DNA of 52,933 bases, counting the filler, from Jimgerdemannia flammicorona (taxonomy: Eukaryota): NCBI GenBank assembly GCA_003990765.1. It is 2 parts of 2 records of this genome, joined end to end, with 100 filler letters (N's around TTAATTAATTAA, not from the genome) between each part and the next. Parts side by side here need not be neighbours in the genome. Positions count along the whole stretch, not along the records: positions 26,524 to 52,933 come from RBNJ01000731.1; 1 more part is not named here. One strand, given 5' to 3'. Under the pieces are notes generated by a model. The model was not told the origin of the DNA and did no database searches. It saw nothing but the letters and a program-made list of their open reading frames with translations. Each line of letters starts with the position of its first letter. Positions within the stretch are counted from its first letter, which is position 1. Both the position numbers and the translations under genes were made by a program. Below are positions 26,524 through 37,519 of the stretch, in pieces.

Positions 26524-27373
26524 TTTTTTTTTTTTTTGAAGAATGGTGGAGGTAAGGTGACTTTGGAGATGATGTTGGAGGTGAGGCGACATTGGACTTT
26601 CTATGTTCATTATAGAAGGAGGTGACATTGGAGGTGAGGTGACATTGGAGGTGAGACAATGTCAGTGAACTTGGTTGAAAATTGTTTGTGGCTGGCTGGC
26701 TTGAGCAGTGACTTGAGCAACTTGAAACTGGCTTACAATTCATTACTTTTTAAAGCCAAATTTTGATTTTTTGAAATAGATTTAAGGCCAAAATTGAAAA
26801 AATGACAATAATTGATATAAAAAACTATTTTACTACAATATTATGAACAATAATAAAAAAAACTCTCTATTTGGTTAAACATGATAGAATTCTATAACAA
26901 TATATAATTTTTTTAAATTTTTTATTAAGTAGAATATAAAGTTATAAGCAAAAGGTTGAGTATAAGTACTGTGCACTATATATATAAAATTGCAATTTTA
27001 TAAATATTATAAGTTAAAAATTTTTAATAAATAATTTTAAAAGATTATTATTCTAATATATTAATTAATTTAAAATATTTCAATAACTGAATATTATTAT
27101 ATATAATTCAATATAACTATATAAAAGGTAAATAAAGATAAATAAATTTTTATAAATTTCAATCTTCAAATTTATCAAATTTACTCTATTTCAACAAAAA
27201 TTATTGTCTTGCCTTGAAGCTCTCTAGCAATAGACATTTGGGAAAAAAAAAAAAAAATTAACTATTAATTATGAGAAAAAGGACAAAAAAGCATTTTATT
27301 GGACTCCATAACTCGCTGGATACCAGAGAAATCTACAACAAAACCATCCTCTCCAATTTCCGTCGATGCACTC

Positions 27374-28351
27374 CTAATCCTTGCGCATCTTATCTTCCCT
27401 CTTCCCAACCTCGACCTCGAACCGTGTATCCTCCAGCATGAACCGATGCCATATCGGAATCAACGGGATGGTGGATAAGTGCCACAGGCTATGGGCATCG
27501 AACACCCCCCAGTATGGGGGGAAATCAAACACCTCCAGCGCCATGGCCAAACTAACAAGCACGACCCCGGCGGCCGGATACCACGCGAACGCACGGTTCC
27601 CCCCCTTGGCATGCGACCACGATGTATACTGCCAGGCGGACCAGGTGAGCCAGAACAGGTTGTGCAGGACGGCGACCGCGCCGTTGGCAATTATGTTATA
27701 GTGGTAGTCGAAGCGGACAAACGAGAGATAGGAAACGTGTGCGGTGTAGCATGCGAGGCAGAGCATCCCCCAGGCGCCGATTAAGATGGGACTGCGAAGG
27801 CGGAGGATGCGAACGACGGCGAAGAAGAGCGCGTAGAGGATTGAGAGCGCCGCTGAGTAGTAGTCTAGTTTCTCGGTCAAGTTGAAGTCTCGTGTATGGA
27901 AGACCGCCGACCAGAGCCACGAGTTCACACCCACCACCACCCAGCTCAGGTAGTACGGGCGCAAATGGTAGGTAAGGGGGATCTTTTGGCGAAGGACGGA
28001 CCAGTGGCGGAGATGCATGTAGCCGTTCCCTAGAGAGAAGAGGACAGAGGCTGGTTCTTGGATGCCCAAGAAACGGTGGAAGGGCCACTTGCCGTAGTAT
28101 TGGAGAATCGGGTCGTCCGAGAGCTTGGCAGCATCGGTGATCCGGTGCATGCAGGTGTACTCGCAGTTCTGTGGGCAGGTCCAAAAGGTCAGGCGAAGGG
28201 TGAGGGGGAGGGATTGGTCTGGTGAGCAAGTGGTAAGGCTACATATAGTGACGCAGTGGAAGAACTCATAGGATCTATCGCCTTCAGATGCATTGGTGAG
28301 TTGGATGAGGAGAGCGAAGGCGAAAGCGGCGAAAAGGAGGGAGGGTTTCAT
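27374..28351 (-). CDS. PER1: PER1/PGAP3 GPI-anchor remodelling protein (intronless, 325 aa)
   Basis: Signal peptide, ASEGD, FWTCPQNCEYTCMH, QYYGKWPFHRFLGIQEPASVLFS, WLWSAVFHTRD..TEKLDY, FDFPP..FDAHSLWH; C-terminal KxKD-like ER-retrieval tail. Confidence 0.97.
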   Translation of the reverse strand: MKPSLLFAAFAFALLIQLTNASEGDRSYEFFHCVTICSLTTCSPDQSLPLTLRLTFWTCPQNCEYTCMHRITDAAKLSDDPILQYYGKWPFHRFLGIQEPASVLFSLGNGYMHLRHWSVLRQKIPLTYHLRPYYLSWVVVGVNSWLWSAVFHTRDFNLTEKLDYYSAALSILYALFFAVVRILRLRSPILIGAWGMLCLACYTAHVSYLSFVRFDYHYNIIANGAVAVLHNLFWLTWSAWQYTSWSHAKGGNRAFAWYPAAGVVLVSLAMALEVFDFPPYWGVFDAHSLWHLSTIPLIPIWHRFMLEDTRFEVEVGKREDKMRKD

Positions 28352-28648
28352 GTTGGGTTGAGCAGCGGTGGTTCATTCCAAGGCAAATAAATCATTCCGA
28401 GGCAAATAGTATAAAGTGTAACTTGAAATGACGTCACATGTGACTGCATTTCGGTCCGATTCTCTTCTTGGGAAATGGTCCATCAAAATTAGTTTTCTAC
28501 ATCTCGAAAGAAACAAATACAATGCCAATTCTACATTATTCACGATATCTACAAACGAATAAGTAAACTACCATCCAGCGGATACTAGCTCTATTAGGAC
28601 TATTATTCCCTTATTCATCAAAAAAAAAAGTTTACACTGCCCTCTCCC

Positions 28649-30528
28649 TCACCCATTCCGCGGCCTGCAAAACACATCGTGCATCTGGTACACGAACCCG
28701 GAAAACGTTGATCCCTTAGATCCAATCACGACTCTACCATTTGCCGCAGCCGTCGCATCAATCATAGGTATGAAGTATCTCTCCAATGATACACCATCGT
28801 ACGGATTCCGAGCTGCCCGCAGCTCCTTCCAGTTTATCCCCTCATCCGCTAAAAAGTCTCCCAGTGTGAAGGTGCACGGATAAGCGTTGTAGAGCGAGGC
28901 GAAAATACGGTTCGCGCGGGGGTATTGCGCGTCCGTCGCCATGTAGACTAGCGTCAGGTTGTTACCGGCTTCCGAGGCGGCTTGAAGGCATTGTGAGACG
29001 GTTGGGTTGGAAGGGAGTACTGGGGGTATGGAAGGAAGACCAGCAGTCGCGTTGACGGTGTGGAGATTCTCGAGGATGGTTCCAATGTTTTGTTGCTGAA
29101 CTCTGGCGAAGTAGCCGTCGCTGGTTCTGATATGGTAGCGGTGACCAATAGATGATATAAAGGAGTTGGTAAAAATTAATAACAATTAGAACGAAATTTC
29201 CCGCCAAACAATGCCGAAGGAACCTCACAAAATCATGCCAAAACCCAACACCAATCGCAAGTCTTTCGCTATCCTACTCACCTAACATGCAACCCAACGA
29301 ACTTTCCCGCGCCCCCCATCCTCTGCACAACCTCCTGGGCGCTCTTCAGGACGACTGGATGGTTATAGAGCAGGCTCCGCCTGAGTCTGCGCAGGAATTC
29401 AAAGTGGACGGGATCGCGGACCGGCATTTTTCCCGTGCCAAACAGGCTGCTGAAATGAAGAAGACGTTCGGAGAAGGTCCGAAGCTGCATCACGTCTAGA
29501 CGGGCCTCGTACTTGCCATTGCTACTGCCGCCGACAAATGTGTCGAAGATGCGCCAGTCGTAGCGTGTCGTGCCTACGGTAGAGTGCAAAATTGGATGGG
29601 GCGATTGATCGTAAGCGGTGGGCACGGATAAAAAAATTTCGGCCATCTTTTATATCATCCAGGATACCGCCTCCCCATATCTACTGTCCCATTCACTAAT
29701 AATAATAATAAAATTTACCATTGAAATATCTGATATCCCCATCCACATACGATCCACCCTTTCCCTCGACCCCCGCCCTCTTGATTCCCACAGCTTTCTC
29801 CAACCACTCCTCACTCATCTCCTCCCTTAGTTGGATTCTGACATGCTCACGAACCCAGTCAAACGAGAATAGCTCGTCGTACGGCATGAGCGTGTATTCC
29901 GCCGGATTTGGGCACATTTGGTCTCCGCGCTCGTCCCGTAGTGCGTCGCACGCAGCCGCGTTCGATCCGTCGGGTGTCTTTTCGTGTATCAGGTGCTCAA
30001 GTCGGAGCTGTGACATTGGCGACCAAGGGAAGGGCTTGCCAAGGAGGGCGCGTGGGAGGAGGAGGGTACGGTTCGTGTACCAGGCAAGCATGATAGCGTT
30101 TTCGACTGCATTTCATTATTATTATTTTTTTTATTTTATTTTTTTTATTTTATTTTTTTTTTTTGGGGGGGGGGGAGGAGATGGGAGAGGTGTTAAGTGG
30201 AACGCGAGATAGATTGAGCAGGTTGTACACACACTGAAGGATACCGACCTTGAATTAACTGGTTATGAAATCCACTGTGCGGGTAGAAGGTGATGAACTT
30301 CTCGTTTTGCACCACGATCGCGTTACTCTTCTTCCATTCAGCGCCCGAAAACTGGCCGGTGTAATTTGTTGTGAGGAAGCTGTAAACTACGTCATCAGTA
30401 GGTAGTAAAGGCGGGGCGTTCTCCAGTGCGTCCTGCAGCTCGTTCCAGGCCCTCCAGGACAGAAAGCTGAAGATGGCCAGGGCGACGACGAGCAAGAATA
30501 TTAGTACTCGTACAGTGACGGTGAGCAT
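28649..30528 (-). CDS. O-fucosyltransferase-like (GT-B; CigA-like) type II membrane glycosyltransferase, about 4 exons
   Basis: N-terminal TM anchor; FITFYPHSGFHNQLIQ|ENAIMLAWYTNRTLLLP; LLHFSSLFGTG; FVGLHVRTSDGYF; VYMATD; IDATAAANGRVVIGSKGSTFS. Confidence 0.85.
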
Positions 30529-31819
30529 GGTGGTTAGGTTTCCGTCGGGTCTGGGGGAGTGGGCTGAAGAGGGTGGTCTGGTCTATTTTTGTCACCGTGT
30601 CTCTGCCTTTTAAATTGATGACACGTGAATGTATAATTAAAGCCGAGCTTCGTTGACTGCCCCGCCCCTTCTATCCATCTGTTTGCGTCCTATCAACCTA
30701 ACCGTTACTGCGGCAGAGCAGAATTCGAAACTTGATCAGAATTCGAGAGAACTATTATTTTGTTTTGTCATGAACAGCAGAGGAAGTCGAGCAGTCATAG
30801 CCCTCGTAATTGTAATAACGTCGTTCAAAAAAAAAAAAAAAAACGCCGCTGGCTCGGGAGACAATACCCCCTTGCAGAATTGCATCCTTCAAACTAGCCA
30901 ATATTGCGGGGGGACGAAATGACCACCAGACATCTCCTTAAAGCCGAGATCATGCCTCATTTGCCAAGCATACATCACTATTCCTCTGCTAGACTACATT
31001 TAGGTTTTCCAGAATTTCACAATTTAGGAGGAACGTAATATACGTATATACATCCTCGGGCACGTTATCAGGACGGCCTACTGGCGAAAACACGCAATTC
31101 AATGCGCTTCGCAACGTAACTAGGAAACAAAATGTCGGAACGCAAATCTCCACTCAAGTCGGAGCTACCAATTTGTCTAATAAACACCAATTGGCTAGCT
31201 TGAATGTTATACAGATGCACGGTGCTCGACTTTGAAATTCACCAAATTAGCATTTGGTATTGGTTAGGAGCTGGAGGAAAAGGGCAGAGCCGATTCATGA
31301 AATTAGGAAGACGATAAGAATCAAGGTTTGGATGATAACAGCAGAAATTCTCATGCCACAATATCCATCATGTATTCCACCTCAAAGTGACACGTCATTA
31401 TTGCCAGAGCGATGAAGATGGGGACAGCAAGTCACATAATCTGTTGTTCAGATGGGCCCACAAGCGTATTTTTTCATTTAGCTCAACTTAATTCTATAAA
31501 TATAGAATTGCTTTAATGGAAAGACCATTGTTGTAATAATCTCGGAAAAAAGTTTGACAGATTGCCAAGTCGGTCCATGAGATCCTATTTCTGGGGAATT
31601 TGTCCACGCATCGCTATGAATTTGATGCGGAACGATCAAATATGTCAACGTCGCACCTGAAATTGAGCTCCGAAGGCCGCAGCGTGGGAGCGTGGGCGAC
31701 GTGGGCATCAGTTGTTCCAAAATCGAAACGAGAAATAAGGGATGACATAAAACAACAAATCCCTTCCAATCTCGCTCACTCCCCTTTTCCAGCAAGCCTA
31801 TGAGCCGTAGCTATTAATA

Positions 31820-32011
31820 GCATGTCTTCCGAAAATAATGCCGTGGACATTGGGCAAGTTGATAAGTAATTAGGGAACCCGCACCGTTGTGCAACATATC
31901 ACCATCAATACGAGCGAAGAGTACGGTAAGACAGAGTTACATGTGGATAATGAGGCAGCCACTTTTAAAAAGTGGCCACCTCTATCATGTGTAACAAACT
32001 ATTTCCTGAGC

Positions 32012-32045
<34 letters not shown>

Positions 32046-33130
32046 AAAGGGTCCGTCCATCATTACCACCTCACGCCGATTCACGACGCCAGCGGTGCTG
32101 CTAGAAAATCCGATCAAGCCAAACCGATTCATTAGCCGAGAAAATATCCCAAAAAAGATGCGGGCGACACTCCTTGACAAAGAGTATATACACATACAGG
32201 CCCTCAAAGGCATTGGTGGAATGGGAAAATCCGAACTTAGGCTGGAGTGTTACTACCAGCGACAGTACCAAAGTCTGGTTCATGGGCAAGAAGGTTGGTG
32301 TTCGTCCATATATCTTCGTTGGACGGTATCATTTTCGCAATTCGATGTGGTTTTTGCACGGTTTGGCTGGTTCGTCCTAATTCCTAATCTCCTTGGTTTA
32401 CTATACACTTGTCGTCATAAATGTACTAGTAACGGTCGCTAGCGCAACACTTAGCCCTTTTTGAGTGTACTATGAGTCGCAAGAACTGGCTAGCGAGACT
32501 GTTACAATGTATACATCTGCCAATTGTGGAAGGTGCACCCAGTTCTTGCGACTTATAGTAACGACATAAATGTACTGGTAAGCGTCAGTCGTATACATTT
32601 CCCGCGTCATTTCAAAATGTACGGCCATAAATGTTCTCGATATCCTCGGAGGTAGTTCGCCAAACAAACGAAACCTCGACAAGCACACCAATGGCAGAAA
32701 GGACATCATCAACTGGTTCAAGCGGTTTGTACGCTTTTTCCGTAAAGAGCGCCAGGACATTGTGCTGTAGTTGGAAAAGAGATGCAGGTATTACGTCTGG
32801 TTGGAGAGCCCAAAGAATTCGTGTTGACGGTCCCCGTTTTTTTTTCGAATGCGAAGTCCCACACCGTAGCACCGTTTCGTATATTATTATTATTATTTTC
32901 AGGGGGCGTCGTGAGGTGTTCAGATTAACTGTGTATAGGCTATGGACGGAGCTCCGCCATGTTGATGGCCAGCGGAAAACAATTCTAGCTCTCTTTTGCA
33001 TTGGCGGTTTGACATTCAAGCGGGCCGCTTTGATCATTAGGAGGGCTGGCGCTAACGACCCTTACTGGTACAACAACAATGTTCGACAGCAATTACCAAC
33101 TAACCAGCGATATATGCTTTTCAGTTAACC
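31820..33130 (+). pseudogene. NB-ARC (NLR-like STAND NTPase) remnant
   Basis: NRFISRE...IQALKGIGGMGKSEL (Walker A GxGGxGKS preceded by an F-x-x-RE motif) at ~32120-32240; downstream segments have stops and frameshifts. Confidence 0.6.
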
Positions 33131-33324
33131 GTTTGATTCGAGGCGTCGTTCTACTATGGAGAGCAACGAATGTCTGAACACATTTTCACCGCTCTCAGTG
33201 TGGAACGAAAAGCAAAGGAAGTAAGGAAGTGCATGTTGCACTCAGGATCAAACGGCCACAGAATTCCGAGATCTCTGCTTGGACAAGCAGTTTAGTGTTT
33301 GGTAAATTTTATAATGGTAATTTT

Positions 33325-33360
<36 letters not shown>

Positions 33361-33895
33361 GTATATACAATTTGTGGCCGAAGAATTCGCGAAATTCCTT
33401 TGTTACATGGTTCACCACACAGGTTAAGTTTTTTAAGTTTTCATACAAGCCATAGTGCAGGGCGTTGTGTTTTACCGCGTGCTGTTTGATAGCTATTTTT
33501 AATCATACTATAGATATTGCTTGCTTTGTCATTTCTCAAGCTTTTGGATATTATCATTATAAGCAGTTCTGTGACTGAAATTTTTCGTATGAGCTTATTC
33601 CATTGGGATCTGGTTTAAATGTATGCGGCATCCAATCATTTATGCATTTATGCATCGCAATTCTGTGATGGAATCAACATCAAACTGGCTGTACCGTATC
33701 ACCATCAAAGCGAAATCTGTTCGTACAGGCAAACTGCGAATTACATAAAAGGGGTTATTTTTTTGGGCATGAGCAGAGTTCCATTTTTCTCCTGTATATA
33801 TACGTTACTAAAATAATCCCTGATCATTTGAATAACCAACACTCCCTCGAACATCGACCAACGCCGCATAACTTTCTCGAAATCCACAGAGCAGA

Positions 33896-35082
33896 ATGGC
33901 GAAGGCGATAGTACGGAAAACAACGACGAGCGCGGCATCTTGTAGAATAAAAAACGAACCGGAGTATGAGGGTGTTAAACAAACCAGATATGTGGAGCTG
34001 AAGATTGAAGATGAGAGTAAAAATTTGAAGGACATAGAGGTTGACCCTGAAAACAAAGACGAAGACGCTACCAGACAGACAGGGTAATATTATTAGTAGT
34101 TATAATAACTGTACTTGCATCGAAGTTCCGAGATTTACTAATGCATATGATCGCATAGCTCACAGCTGAAGGTTAGAGAACTACGGCAAAAATATGGCAT
34201 CTCCGAGGCGTCTTGGAATAGGATTAAGACCGCCCTTGTTAGCCATCTTCTGCTCGTGGACCTTTTCCCATCTTTGACTGGGTTCCCAGGCGGAGATTTT
34301 GTATCAAATGTGCTCAAACGCCTTGCATTGAACACCATTGATAAGAATGGAGAAATCTACGGCGCAGTGCGTATATTTGATTCCAGTTTTCTCATAATAT
34401 ACGAGAGCCCGAGTCAACTGTTCTCAAACTATTGTTACATTCCTGGCATCTATATAGGTTAAGCACCAAATTGTACTCTGTAGATCTCGCATCAGGGAAA
34501 TGTTCAGAGTACGATTCGATGACATATTTCGCGATGTGGAGATTCCTACCAAGTTTGCTCTCGGCAACATAAATGAGGAACGCCGAAAGTCGGTTCAACA
34601 CCTTGTATACAAAAACAAATTCCTTTACACACGTGACCCGACTACCGGCTATCTCGAGAAGCCGTTCGCAAGCATATATATCAAACGTTCCCTATACCAT
34701 TTGGTCCTGAAACGTAATCCTCGCTTTGCGAACGTGATTGGCCCCGACAGACACATCACTCTGAACACTCTTGCAGGCGTGTGTACCTTCGTAAGTTTTC
34801 TTAGTACTAAGTATACTGAATTATTCTGTCTTAAATAGTTCGCAGGATCTAATTAGTGTTTTATCCACATGCTAGCTGGAGTGTATCATGACGAAACAGC
34901 CAGCCTTCAGGGAGAAGACGCATAAATCTATGTATACGAAGTGGGTCCGCATGGTCGAGGAAACAAAGTCGCACATCGACCTGTTGGCAATCGAGAGAGA
35001 AGCCGGTAAAATCGGTAATATTGAAGAGGGAGATGTCGTTGTTATTCCGGACGTCCCTCTAATACTCGTGGATTCGGATTAG
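33896..35082 (+). CDS. Multi-exon hypothetical protein, C-terminal region DUF6532-like (about 4 exons)
   Basis: Spliceable ORFs 33896-34083, ~34159-34360, ~34458-34790, ~34875-35082; FLYTRD..EKPFAS.YIK..TLAGVCTF|LECIM..FREK..MY pattern. The domain call is from memory of the pattern only. Confidence 0.6.
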
Positions 35083-35187
35083 GAACATAAATATCCTTTG
35101 GCAAGCAAAACACAATGATGTGCTAATCTGGATTCGTAAACCGGCGCAAATTTATACGTATGTTCCCAAACTCGAACTATCTTGTTG

Positions 35188-35272
35188 TCTGTAGTTCCCG
35201 AACATTTCTCGAACATTCCTCTGTGGTTCCCGAACATTCCTCTGTAGTTCCCGAACATTCCTATGTAGTTCC
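35188..35272 (+). repeat. Minisatellite, 21-bp unit CTGTAGTTCCCGAACATTCCT
   Basis: About 4 tandem copies. Confidence 0.85.
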
Positions 35273-36425
35273 GGCACAATTCCAAACAACTAATACGCTT
35301 TGATATTGCTCAACAAGTTTACACGAATTATGTTAGTATAGCAATGCATTAAACAATACGTTTCTATCCGTTCACAAAGTCCTGATCCGGAAGTGTTCTG
35401 ATTCTGCTTCGCGCTGTTCTACAGCAGCCCAAGTCCGGAGCGCACAGTCCGGTTCGCGCCGGATCCGGGGCAGGCCTGGTTCGTCCGGCGAACTAGGGCG
35501 TCCTTCCTCGGCCGAAATGATTCTCTCAGGGAATCATGGAATGAGCGACGTTGTATCATTCGCGACAGACCATAGAGACTGCCATAAAGTCTAAAACAAC
35601 GCCCGATCGCGAAGTGACTCGTCGTGGTTGCTGTTCGGGTTACAAAGTGACAGGTCAAAATGACCCAGGATTTCACGGATGATCTCGGGTGGGAGGCTGG
35701 ACGAGGGACGATGCGGCTCATTTAGGGGGACTTATTTCTGTGAAGGTTTTGGTCTTTTGGGTTTCATTGTTTTGCGGTGTGGTACTTGTATGAGTACGAA
35801 ATAGTAGGGTGTTTGGTTCCACACGTCATGTTGCAATCAGACTCTGGGGTGCGGTCACACCATCATAATTACAGTTAACTCTCGTGTCCCTCGCAACTAC
35901 ATTGTATACATGTTTTGATTTATTTTGGGGAAAGTCGGAATATCGACATTGCGTGGCGAATGGTCAGTTCGGCATAAGCGAACCCGACAGGTGCGAAAAC
36001 GGGATGAAGTCGCTAGTTGCAGGATTGCAGCGAAGCGGAAGAGGAACAACGATGTGTTTGGCAAATTGTATTTTAAAGGGGAAAATGCAAGGTTACACAG
36101 ATTTGACCCGTTATACCTATTGCTATTCCTACTTCTTGGTTGCCCAGAATGTTTGAAAGACGTCACCACCAATGAGATGCCGCAAAAAATCGGACACCCA
36201 TTAAATATCTCGAACGCCTTGCGACAGGTTGAGCTTTCACTTAAGATAAGTAGTTAACCATTTAATTTTTTGTCTAGCTGCATTTCGTCCAAGTGGGAAG
36301 CTTGCTTGACTCAATATTATTTTTTCACTTGGAGCACCATTTACACCTGGCCGAAGTACTCACATTCTTTGGGCCGCCAGTGGCTCTGCAATGGAGCTCT
36401 CTAGTGAGAGCTAACTTGCACCCAC

Positions 36426-36486
36426 GGCAGGTCTTGGTTGCTTTTACAGCCAACTGATGAGCCCCTTAAGCAAGGGTGAAACCGCC
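36426..36486 (+). ncRNA. Type III hammerhead ribozyme
   Basis: GGCAG-GTC(36431-33), stem I TTGGTTG/CAGCCAA with loop CTTTTA, core CTGATGA (36454-60), stem II GCCCCTT/AAGGGT with loop AAGC, GAAA, then stem III ACCGCC pairing GGC(A)GGT with one bulged A. Confidence 0.8.
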
Positions 36487-36689
36487 ATTTCCAACCTGGT
36501 CGTTGCCAACCATGTTGTAATTATACACATACATTTTGGAAATAAAGAATAAAGCAACCTTTAAAATGTCCGGTCTGGACTGCCTTTTCCTTGTTTGCGT
36601 CCAGAACATTGTGCTTCACGTCAACATCCTTCGACACGTCCACGTGTTCGTGTCAACATCGAGTCCATGCGTTCGCATCAATACCTCGG

Positions 36690-37295
36690 ATTCACATGTT
36701 TGCGTCAACATCCTTTGAGAAGTTCAAATCACAGACAAGGAACCTGCGAGCCCTTCCGAATGCGAATGCAAAACCTATTCCTACCACCAAGAGCAGGCTA
36801 ATTACGATGGAGTACATGACAAAGGTTCTCGAGGACAAGACACGCATGTCATACGACAGCAAGTACAACTTGTATTTGTATTGCAAACTCCCACAGGGCA
36901 AACCAACCTGTATTTGTATTGCAAACTCCCATAGGGCATGTCCGAAGTGAGTTTGTCTATTTGTTTGGACTCAACTGTTTTTTGGCAGTTTGTTGGGTGA
37001 ATCCATTCTGTCTGATTCTCCCACTGATACCTCTAAACCTTCTCCCTCCCCCAGGTCACGCAAATCAGTCTCGATCTCGACAAAACCATCCACTTGGAAG
37101 CCTTCAAAGGCAATCGCTCCACTGCACCCAGCAAGCCGGTCTGGTCATCACTGTTGTGAACATTCTCAATAGCCTCATTCACCAATGGCCCGTCCCACAA
37201 TACATTGCCGCCGGCAAGAATTTTTACTATCCGGCGACACTATCCCAGTGTTCGGTGGCTTTGAGGCCGGAGGAGCGCTTTCCAGAGTAATAGGA
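36690..37295 (+). pseudogene. Argonaute N-terminal (ArgoN + linker 1) fragment
   Basis: SYDSKYNLYL..KLP (cf. AYDG.KNLY), then after an intron VVNILNSLIHQWP..YIAAGKNFY..PVFGGFEA..RGAFQS-like sequence (cf. GRSFF..LGGG.E.W.G..QS). Frameshifts; no PAZ or PIWI downstream. Confidence 0.65.
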
Positions 37296-37519
37296 AGGGC
37301 GGGGATGGTTCATATATATATGTTTTTTTTTTTTTTTTTTTTTTTTTTTCGGGAGGCGTTGCTTGGTGGTGTTGATGGCAGCGATGTAGAGGATCTATAT
37401 GGATGTGGATGGACAATGAGTTGATTTAGATTTTATTAATTTGATGTGTTTAATTGCTTCCTGGATTATTATTAATACATATATGTCCTATTTGCTTTTG
37501 ATCCTCTTTTTTCCCACAT

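Noticed and set aside
35188..35272. CRISPR-like appearance of short repeats (also at 2035-2335 and 15285-15427)
   Set aside because: Units are directly tandem without unique equal-length spacers; eukaryotic context; no cas genes.
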